Positions 56,951 to 64,000 of a stretch of 64,000 bases of DNA are shown here, in pieces. How positions within the stretch are numbered: position 1 is the stretch's first letter; every line of letters starts with the position of its first letter. Origin of the DNA: an archaeon (GTDB taxonomy: Archaea > B1Sed10-29 > JAJRYS01); the NCBI GenBank assembly GCA_024275665.1, contig JAJRYS010000018.1, positions 5,442 to 69,441 of the forward strand, read 5' to 3'. The notes under the pieces are model-generated. The model had not been told where the DNA came from. It worked only from the letters and a program-made list of their open reading frames with translations, and ran no database searches. The translations under genes and the position numbers were made by a program.

Positions 56951-58162
56951 TCATTGCTCGTTTTCAAAACTTTTTTCAACAACTCTCTTAATATTATCAG
57001 CTGGGAAAGCAAGCCTTATCAGGGTAGTATTCCCTCTTACGCCTTTTCCTGATATTGAAGTGGTTATCAAGCCAAGCATTTCAAGCTCGTTCAAGTACTC
57101 CCTCACCCACCTGGCGCTCCTAGCATCCTTGCCAAATAAGTGACACAGCATTTCGTATTTTTCGTAAACCTCTCCTGAGAATAACACTTTCTCGTCATAA
57201 GAGCCGTCCAAGCGAGCGTATTTCTTCCCTTCCTTGGTCAAGAGAGCTATTGCGTATAATGTTACTCTCTGGTGTTCTGGCAGAGTGCTTACAATATCAT
57301 AAACTATTTCTTCTTCAACGCTTTTCCTTGCTTTTTTCACATGCTTTTCAACTACTTTGCTTGCTTCTTCAGAGTCAGCTATTTCCCCTGCTTTTTGCAG
57401 TAGTTTCAAAGCATACCTAGCGTCTCCTGATTCCTGCGCTGCCAAGGCAGCTGCATAGCTCAACGCGCTTTCCTCAACTACTCCTTTTTTGAAACCTTCA
57501 ACTGCTCTTTGTTTCAGTATCTCTTTTAACTGCTCTGCGTTGTAAGGAGCAAAAACTATTTCTTCTTCGCAAAGAGTGGATTTTGTTCTTGGGTCTAATT
57601 TTTTCTTAAAAGTAATGTTATTAGTAATCCCTATTATTCCAACGTGCCCGTGCTTTAATTCGTCATTCATCCTGGTCAAAGTATACATTAAATCGTCTAA
57701 TTGTTTTACCTTGTCAAGCTCATCAAGGACTACTATCATGTTCAATTTTTTTTCATTAATGAACCTTATAAGCTTGTCAACCAAGTGTTGTAAAGGAAAT
57801 CCTAAGAAGTTTTCTTCAGGATAATGGTGTTCGGCGAACTTCAACATTACTTGATATTTTGTGTTAATGATGCGGCAGTTCACGTAAACCGCATCCACGT
57901 TGGCATTGTATTTTTCCTTCACTTGCATCAGTCTTTCCAACACATACTTAGTAACTGACGTCTTCCCAGTTCCTGTTTTCCCGTAAATGAATAAGTTGTT
58001 GTAATTCTTCCCCCTGAGAGAAGGAGCCAGCACTTTCATCACTTTCTCTATTTCTTTTTCCCTATGAGGAAGAGTCTCTGGCAAGTAGTGCGGGCTAAGC
58101 ACGTCCCTGTTCTTGAATACTGTTTGTTTCTGCATTTCTTTTTCAAAAATATCCATGAACAT
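56951..58162 (-). CDS. cdc6: Orc1/Cdc6 replication initiator
   Basis: HYLPETLPHRE, Walker A GKTGTGKTS, Walker B VVLDELD, C-terminal wHTH. Confidence 0.9.
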   Translation of the reverse strand: MFMDIFEKEMQKQTVFKNRDVLSPHYLPETLPHREKEIEKVMKVLAPSLRGKNYNNLFIYGKTGTGKTSVTKYVLERLMQVKEKYNANVDAVYVNCRIINTKYQVMLKFAEHHYPEENFLGFPLQHLVDKLIRFINEKKLNMIVVLDELDKVKQLDDLMYTLTRMNDELKHGHVGIIGITNNITFKKKLDPRTKSTLCEEEIVFAPYNAEQLKEILKQRAVEGFKKGVVEESALSYAAALAAQESGDARYALKLLQKAGEIADSEEASKVVEKHVKKARKSVEEEIVYDIVSTLPEHQRVTLYAIALLTKEGKKYARLDGSYDEKVLFSGEVYEKYEMLCHLFGKDARSARWVREYLNELEMLGLITTSISGKGVRGNTTLIRLAFPADNIKRVVEKSFENEQ

Positions 58163-58250
58163 CTCCTTAACAATTAAATTAAAATACTGGAATAGTATAA
58201 CTATTAACAGTTATTGTATTTGTTAAATAAAAACTTAGGAGGTCTATGAA

Positions 58251-58601
58251 ATGGCAATACTTGACAAGTTTAAGATAGGTGGGAAACAAGAAGCAGACAT
58301 AGAAGAGTATTTAAACACTCTTGGGCTCGAGGAAGATGACTTAATGGTGGAACACGCTGACATGTGGGTAAGGCCATACTCTTTAGAGGACATAATGGAT
58401 GTTGAAAAAGTTTCATCAGAGCTGAAGAAAGGAAACATTGTAATACTAAACATTGAACCATTATACAAGAGGAATGCCATAAAACTAAGGCAAGCAATCT
58501 CCGAATTAAAAGGAACAGTGCAAGATATTAACGGAGACATTGCAAGAATAACAGAACAAAAAGTGCTCTTAACACCGTCAGGAGTTAAAATAGCAAAGTA
58601 A
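58251..58601 (+). CDS. sepF: SepF-like cell division protein
   Basis: 116 aa; C-terminal GNIVILNIEPL…ISELKGTVQDINGDIARITEQKVLLTPSGVKI resembles DUF552. Confidence 0.45.
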   Translation: MAILDKFKIGGKQEADIEEYLNTLGLEEDDLMVEHADMWVRPYSLEDIMDVEKVSSELKKGNIVILNIEPLYKRNAIKLRQAISELKGTVQDINGDIARITEQKVLLTPSGVKIAK

Positions 58602-58643
58602 GAAAACCCCTTTGTTTCCTTTTAATCCCTTACTAAAGGTGCT

Positions 58644-59426
58644 TTGATGATATTAGACAATCCTGCATTAGTGCTTAATATTAGAATGCAGGATATTCTT
58701 GATATTCTTGAAAGCACTCTCAAAGAAAGAAACTGGCAGCATTTTGACGTGGCAAACCTCAAACTATCTTACTTGCCTTATTACATTTTCAACTACGATG
58801 TTCTCGTAGAACAAAAAGCAGGCGAGCAGACTTATTCTCAAGGTTTTTCAGGCACAATGGCAATGAGCGCTGTTGACGGCAAACTCGAACCACTCTTAAC
58901 CCAGATAATGGAACAGCAACCAGTAGACTACGAGAAGAAAGTATCACATGACCTGAAATACGAACTCAACCCACCTGCTTTGAAACCAGACGAAGCAAAG
59001 CAGACAGCAATACTCAAGCTTGCAGCAAAGTTTGGTACAGGAAAGGATTCTATTGCTGTTACTGGTTTCAGGCTTGTTTACTGGCCTGTTTGGAAAGTGT
59101 TTGTAACCCTTCCTAACAAACACATTCAACGCATTCTAGTGGAAGGCGTTTCTGGTTATCCTCTTAACATTGAAGAAGTCCCAGAGAGGGAACTCACTTG
59201 GATGGAAGTAACGCAGGAAACGCTTGAAAAACTAAGAACTCCTAAAGGATGGGCTGAATTGTCAGGAAAACTACTGAACCTCACGGCTTCTGCTGCCAAG
59301 TCAGCAGCTGGGAAAAAGCAGAAAGGATTCGTAAGCGAACTCGTGCACTGGCTTCTTCACACAAAACTTGGTAGATGGACTTTGCTAGGGATAGCAGTTA
59401 TAATACTGATAATCTTGTTCTTCTAG
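58644..59426 (+). CDS. hypothetical protein with C-terminal TM anchor
   Basis: 260 aa; TLLGIAVIILIILFF at C-terminus; 42 nt after sepF-like gene. Confidence 0.4.
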   Translation: MMILDNPALVLNIRMQDILDILESTLKERNWQHFDVANLKLSYLPYYIFNYDVLVEQKAGEQTYSQGFSGTMAMSAVDGKLEPLLTQIMEQQPVDYEKKVSHDLKYELNPPALKPDEAKQTAILKLAAKFGTGKDSIAVTGFRLVYWPVWKVFVTLPNKHIQRILVEGVSGYPLNIEEVPERELTWMEVTQETLEKLRTPKGWAELSGKLLNLTASAAKSAAGKKQKGFVSELVHWLLHTKLGRWTLLGIAVIILIILFF

Positions 59427-59440
59427 GGAGTGTTCTACGG

Positions 59441-59767
59441 TCAATCTTCTATAGTTATAATGGCATCTAATCCATTAGTTTTCAATTTTACCTTTGCTCC
59501 ATCTTTAATTTCATTTAACACATTTTTCACATTTATAATACATGGAATGCCAAGCTCTCTTGATACTATTGCAGCATGGGACAGCATTCCTCCTTTTTCT
59601 ATTATTAATGCAGCTGTTTTACTTAAGTAAGGTACATGGGCAGGAGTTAATTGTAGTAATATTAAGATATCTCCCTCTTTTAGTTCTTTGATATTTTTAC
59701 ATGCTCTTCCTTTAGCTTCTCCTGGAAAAGCAGTTTTTCCTTTAAGTATTTTCATCATATTATTCAC
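59441..59767 (-). CDS. stand-alone PEP-utilizing enzyme mobile (swivel phosphohistidine) domain protein, 108 aa
   Basis: GGMLSHAAIVSRELGIPCIIN; overlaps upstream radical SAM gene by 8 nt. Confidence 0.7.
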   Translation of the reverse strand: MNNMMKILKGKTAFPGEAKGRACKNIKELKEGDILILLQLTPAHVPYLSKTAALIIEKGGMLSHAAIVSRELGIPCIINVKNVLNEIKDGAKVKLKTNGLDAIITIED

Positions 59768-61694
59768 TAACCTTTAACCTTTTTATGTTTATTTTATTTT
59801 TTGTTAGGTAGCAGGCAAGCCATGGGTAAAATTTTTTGTAAAATGGACATAATGGATCTGGCTTGTTTAGTTCCTTATAATGATAATAAACTGCGCATGT
59901 TCTCCCGCCTCCACATATTCCTCTTATATCGCAGTCTTTACATGAGCCAATTATTTCAGTTCTTCTGTTTCTTAATTTTTCAAATTTTTCTGAGAATAAG
60001 GCTTCTTCCAAGGGTTTTCTTGTGCTCCATTCAGCAAAACTTGGGCATGGTGCAATGTTTCCATTAGGTAATATTGCAAGTATTCTTTTACCTGCTCCAC
60101 AAGGATTTTCAAAACACATATTTTTTCGTTCCCAAGGGGGGTTAGTAAGATTATTTATATAATCATAGATATTCTCAAATAGAATCTTTTTTTCCCACTC
60201 TTTTTTGAAGTAAGTGATAGTTGCGCTTTTCATAAATTTAAAAAAGATTTCAGGTTCAATTTCAAATTGTTTATTTGCTCTTCCTCCTGCTTTAACAGGG
60301 TTTATCCTTATTCCTACAGCACCAATTTCATGAGCCCATTTAAAAAGAGTTTCAGGCATTATTTCAGCTTTTCTTTTTGTTAGCGTACTTTTTGTAAGGG
60401 TAGAGATTATTGAAAACCTTATTTTATTTTTCTTCAGTAATTTTATCCCTTCTATTATTCTGCTATAAGAACCAGAACCATCGGGAAAAATCCTATTAAT
60501 ATCATTATACTTTTTTGGTCCGTCAATTGAAATTCCTATATTAATATTTCTCTTATACTCTTTTAAAAAATCGCAAACTTCTTGTGTTATGAGCGTGCCG
60601 TTTGTTTGGATCGAATATTTGAAGTTTTCAGAAGGAAACTCTTTAACAATTTGTTTTATTTCTTTGAAATGAAGTAATGGTTCTCCTCCAAAGAACTGAA
60701 TTTTGCTGACCCCTGTTATTCTATTAACCTCTTTAATTCTTGAGATAATCTTTTCGATGTCTGTTTTTTTCTTGTCACTGGTATGTGTAAAGCAATATTT
60801 GCAACTTAAATTACATTCATTGCCAAGGAAAACTACTAATAGAGAAGGTTTTATTCTGACAGAGTAATTTATTTTAGCTGAAAGGCTTTCAAAAGCTTCT
60901 TTTTCTTCTTTTGATAAAATAATATTTGGGATAGGTATTCCAATTGGAAATTTTTCTTCTTTATCAGTGCAAACCCATCTACCTGTTTTTTTGTTTATTA
61001 TCAATGTTAAACTACCTACTTTTATTCTTGAAAATAGGTTTTTTGATAAATAAGCATTACCATACTCTTTTGTGACTAAAGGAAGAATGTTGTCCTTTTC
61101 TTCATAAAGTAATTGACAAGCTCTTGCAAGTTTAGCAGCTTCCCTTAAAAAGGGATCCTTTATTTTTTTTCTGTTACCTCTTTTCTTAGGCTTTACTTTA
61201 TTAGGAGTTACATTTGTGGCATGGACTACTCTCCAGAAAGGATGATATTCATCTTCTTGAATTCTCAGAAAAAAGCTTTCTTTATCAGGAACTATTAATC
61301 CCCAATCTTTTGTCTCTTTGATAATCATTTCTATTAATTTATTTCCTATTAATACTGTCAAGATTATTGATGCCCAAAAGTCTTCATATTCAGAGAGTTT
61401 TAATTTTTTGTTTTTTATTTTTTTGCGTAATTTAGGGGTATTTTTAAAAGTATGCTCTAGTATCCTATTAAGTCTTTTCAATTTACCTGTCTCTCTTGTT
61501 TCAAATAAGTTTTTTATAAAAAGAGAAGCTTCTTGTTCAGGGGAATTAGTTTTGTTAATTTTTAGATAAGATAATGCTTTTTTTAGAGCTCTTTGTCTTA
61601 ATTCTTTTTCTTGAATAGATGTCTTTAGCGGGACCTCTTTCCCATCAGAAAATTTTCTAACTAATTTGATACCCAAAACAGTGTCTAGTGTCAT
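59760..61694 (-). CDS. radical SAM / SPASM-domain enzyme with 280-aa N-terminal extension
   Basis: CNLSCKYC (CxxxCxxC), GGEPLL, C-terminal Cys cluster CGAGKR…CPSF…CKDCDIRGICGGGRTC. Confidence 0.8.
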   Translation of the reverse strand: MTLDTVLGIKLVRKFSDGKEVPLKTSIQEKELRQRALKKALSYLKINKTNSPEQEASLFIKNLFETRETGKLKRLNRILEHTFKNTPKLRKKIKNKKLKLSEYEDFWASIILTVLIGNKLIEMIIKETKDWGLIVPDKESFFLRIQEDEYHPFWRVVHATNVTPNKVKPKKRGNRKKIKDPFLREAAKLARACQLLYEEKDNILPLVTKEYGNAYLSKNLFSRIKVGSLTLIINKKTGRWVCTDKEEKFPIGIPIPNIILSKEEKEAFESLSAKINYSVRIKPSLLVVFLGNECNLSCKYCFTHTSDKKKTDIEKIISRIKEVNRITGVSKIQFFGGEPLLHFKEIKQIVKEFPSENFKYSIQTNGTLITQEVCDFLKEYKRNINIGISIDGPKKYNDINRIFPDGSGSYSRIIEGIKLLKKNKIRFSIISTLTKSTLTKRKAEIMPETLFKWAHEIGAVGIRINPVKAGGRANKQFEIEPEIFFKFMKSATITYFKKEWEKKILFENIYDYINNLTNPPWERKNMCFENPCGAGKRILAILPNGNIAPCPSFAEWSTRKPLEEALFSEKFEKLRNRRTEIIGSCKDCDIRGICGGGRTCAVYYHYKELNKPDPLCPFYKKFYPWLACYLTKNKINIKRLKVSE

Positions 61695-61707
61695 TAATGT
61701 TTGCCCC

Positions 61708-61821
61708 TTATCTATACGCTATGTCATCATCATATTCGTCCCAAGTTATGTTAGTGTGTTGTCTATAACTATCCTCAAAGCTTGTTGGTTTTTCTTCTAA
61801 ATCTTTAATATACGCAAACAT
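61708..61821 (-). CDS. small acidic ORF (37 aa), candidate precursor peptide
   Basis: MFAYIKDLEEKPTSFEDSYRQHTNITWDEYDDDIAYR; stop 13 nt upstream of the radical SAM start codon, same strand. Confidence 0.35.
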   Translation of the reverse strand: MFAYIKDLEEKPTSFEDSYRQHTNITWDEYDDDIAYR

Positions 61822-61896
61822 ATCCTCCACCACCAATGTTCATGTAAAATTTGTTATTATTAATTATTTTGGTTGGACAACTGTCGTACTGGTCTT

Positions 61897-64000
61897 TCAC
61901 ACAAAATCAGCAAGAGATGATTGGTTCTTGTCGATTTTTTCTTCTTCTTTTTCTCCGAAAATACTGTTCAAGTCAATTTCCACTAGTTTCAGTCTTTGTT
62001 TTATGTAATCCTCCAACCCGTACTTGTCAGCTATTTCTTGTGAGACTTTCAAGTACTTTTCAATGCTTCCCCTGTGCACTGTTAATAAGAGTTTGCCACC
62101 GCATTTCAAACACTTCCCACTTATGGGAGCGCGTCTGTACTTCGCGTTACAATCAACGCATCTGAAGGACTGTTGTCCGAAAGAACGCAGGTTTCCGTAA
62201 ATATCACGGATGAAGTGGAAGTTAATCACTCTCCTGGCAACGTCTTTCTCATCAACTGCTCTTATCTTCTCAGCTAGTCTTAATTGTTTTTCCACTTTAT
62301 CACTCATTGATTTTATTTGCTTGTAAGCAGTTACTAACACACCTTCGTCAATGCTCGTAGTGTCAAAGAAAAAACCTAATCCATTGTTATGTTCAGGAGT
62401 GCCTAGCTTGTTCTTCACTATTGGTATTTTCACTTCTGAAGGCATTACTATTTTCTGTGTTGCTTCGTAGAATTCTAACGGAAGCTTGCAAGTGGTTTCA
62501 ATGTCATGTGCTTGGTCATCTACTTCAGCAGGATTCATCTTAGTAGTAAGTACTAGAAAAATGTCTTCTGTTGCTCCTGCCTTGTCAGGAACGTATTTTC
62601 TTGAAAAGTTTATCAAAGCGTCAAGCATTAATGTTACTGAGTTCTCGTCACCATCACAATCTCGTCTCGTAGCGCAGTGGAAGTAAGGGTGAGCGTATAA
62701 ACCGTTGGCTTTGGAAAAGCCTATTACCCTTCCAAGTACTCCTGCTGATATGTGAGGAGCCATTCCAATGACCAAGTGTCCTATTAAGTCTTCTTTCTTC
62801 TCAGCGTTGTAAAAACGTGGCAAGCCGTAGAATTTTTCCAGCAAGTCATCAATGAACTGAGAGACTCTTAGCAAGTACTCTCCTGCTCTTTCAGACAATA
62901 CGAGGTCTTGAGGCCATAATTCTACTACTTGCTCTTCGCTTGTCAAAGGCTTGCCAGTATAATCCTCTTCGTATCCTAGTTCTCTTAGTTTTTCAATGCT
63001 TGTTCCTATCTCTCTTGGTTTGAAATGAGTTAACGGAAGGTTAGTAGCGTCAAACCTCGAAGTTCCATCCTTGAACACGTACACGTCATGCTTTGCCCGT
63101 AGTATTACTTTTTCAAGAGGCTCGAAGTACTTCTCCTTATTAACAGTTCCCTTAACTCCTTTCATCTTGCTTGGCATTCTTTCCTCTAGTTTTCTGAGCG
63201 TTTCTTCTACTTCTTTTTTCAAGTTTACTACTTGCTTGTGGTATGGTACTGCTCTTGCCTTGCAACGAGAGCATTCCTCAGAATCAACGACCCTCCCGCA
63301 CTTAGTGCAAACGTATTTCTGTACTGCTCTGCCACCGCACTCGCACTTGTAACTCGTTAACTCCTTGCCACACTTCTCGCATACGAGTACTGGCATGTCC
63401 AGTACTATTTTTTCTTTTTCAATTGCTTTTACAATATCTCTTGTCTTGCCGCCGTAATTGCTTATAGGGTATAATCCGTGTGGAGCAGGGCTCATCAGTC
63501 TTTCTTTTGCTTTCTCAGGCCTCCCCATCCTCGCTCCTATGTATGTGGGTGCTTTGTCATACACTGGAAAAGGAGCAACAGAGTTTACCACTTCCAACAC
63601 GTTTTCTTTTTCTTCGCATAGTTTTTTATAATCAACTTTTTCATCAAGTCCCAATGTTTTTATGAGTGCTTTGTGCCCTTCTCTTATTATTACGAAGTCG
63701 TCTCTGAGCAAGTGCTGGACGCATAGTTTTTCAAGAAGCCTCTTCTCAGGAGCGTTTCTTACTTTGAATTGTGTTGTTTCCACCCCTTCAAGAGTATTTA
63801 TTTTCTCTTCTTCTCCTTTTTTCAACCATTCTACTAATAGTAGTAGTTCTTTTTTTGACAAGTCGTTGTAGAAGAAAGTATACTTAGGATGAAGAGGAAT
63901 ATCATGCTCTTCTGACAGTCTTATTGCTTGTTCCTCACTTATACCCCAGGCGTTAACATTAATTCCTTTTGATTCAGCAATTTGCTGCCACCACTCCTCG
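61897..64000 (-). CDS. polC: DNA polymerase II (PolD) large subunit DP2, C-terminal about 700 aa; gene continues past window end
   Basis: Frame stays open upstream of listed start to position 64000; GMAPHISAGVLGRVIGF, RRDCDGDE catalytic-like acidic motif, C-terminal zinc finger RCVDC…CLKCGG, internal Cys4 cluster. Confidence 0.6.
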   Translation of the reverse strand, partial: EEWWQQIAESKGINVNAWGISEEQAIRLSEEHDIPLHPKYTFFYNDLSKKELLLLVEWLKKGEEEKINTLEGVETTQFKVRNAPEKRLLEKLCVQHLLRDDFVIIREGHKALIKTLGLDEKVDYKKLCEEKENVLEVVNSVAPFPVYDKAPTYIGARMGRPEKAKERLMSPAPHGLYPISNYGGKTRDIVKAIEKEKIVLDMPVLVCEKCGKELTSYKCECGGRAVQKYVCTKCGRVVDSEECSRCKARAVPYHKQVVNLKKEVEETLRKLEERMPSKMKGVKGTVNKEKYFEPLEKVILRAKHDVYVFKDGTSRFDATNLPLTHFKPREIGTSIEKLRELGYEEDYTGKPLTSEEQVVELWPQDLVLSERAGEYLLRVSQFIDDLLEKFYGLPRFYNAEKKEDLIGHLVIGMAPHISAGVLGRVIGFSKANGLYAHPYFHCATRRDCDGDENSVTLMLDALINFSRKYVPDKAGATEDIFLVLTTKMNPAEVDDQAHDIETTCKLPLEFYEATQKIVMPSEVKIPIVKNKLGTPEHNNGLGFFFDTTSIDEGVLVTAYKQIKSMSDKVEKQLRLAEKIRAVDEKDVARRVINFHFIRDIYGNLRSFGQQSFRCVDCNAKYRRAPISGKCLKCGGKLLLTVHRGSIEKYLKVSQEIADKYGLEDYIKQRLKLVEIDLNSIFGEKEEEKIDKNQSSLADFV

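Overview
Low-GC (about 35%) archaeal chromosomal segment. Coding calls rest on recognisable protein motifs in the supplied translations; coordinates may be off by 1-2 nt.

Archaeal housekeeping genes: class I LysRS, AsnRS, aTrm56, TFE, NucS, archaeal-type D-aminoacyl-tRNA deacylase, aCPSF1, proteasome beta, NAC alpha, Orc1/Cdc6, TYW1, geranylgeranyl reductase plus ferredoxin, GGPP synthase, and the C-terminal part of PolD DP2, which runs off the window end.

Main blocks:
- (1) A roughly 12 kb Tad-like type IV pilus locus at 5.9-19.8 kb: VirB11/FlaI-type ATPase, two TadB/TadC-like membrane proteins, at least five class III signal peptide pilins or adhesins, and two flanking KaiC-like ATPases.
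- (2) A seven-gene group 4 [NiFe] hydrogenase module at 43.8-48.3 kb with a HycI-type maturation protease. It includes a small ORF absent from the supplied ORF track.
- (3) Three GC-rich tRNA genes (Lys-CTT, initiator Met-CAT, Asn-GTT). Each carries introns at non-canonical positions. Two sit next to their cognate aminoacyl-tRNA synthetase genes and one overlaps a frameshifted LAGLIDADG homing endonuclease gene.
- (4) An accessory region at 20.7-29.7 kb of mostly hypothetical small proteins. It holds an AAA+/wHTH ATPase upstream of a 780 bp non-coding region with two families of iteron-like repeats, GNAT/HTH pairs, and a tightly overlapping five-gene operon ending in GNAT and translin-like genes.
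- (5) A putative RiPP-like cluster at 59.4-61.8 kb: an unlisted 37-aa acidic peptide ORF, a 644-aa radical SAM/SPASM enzyme with an N-terminal extension, and a stand-alone PEP-utilizing swivel phosphohistidine domain protein. A second stand-alone swivel domain gene lies at 435-743.

No CRISPR array, rRNA or integrase was seen.
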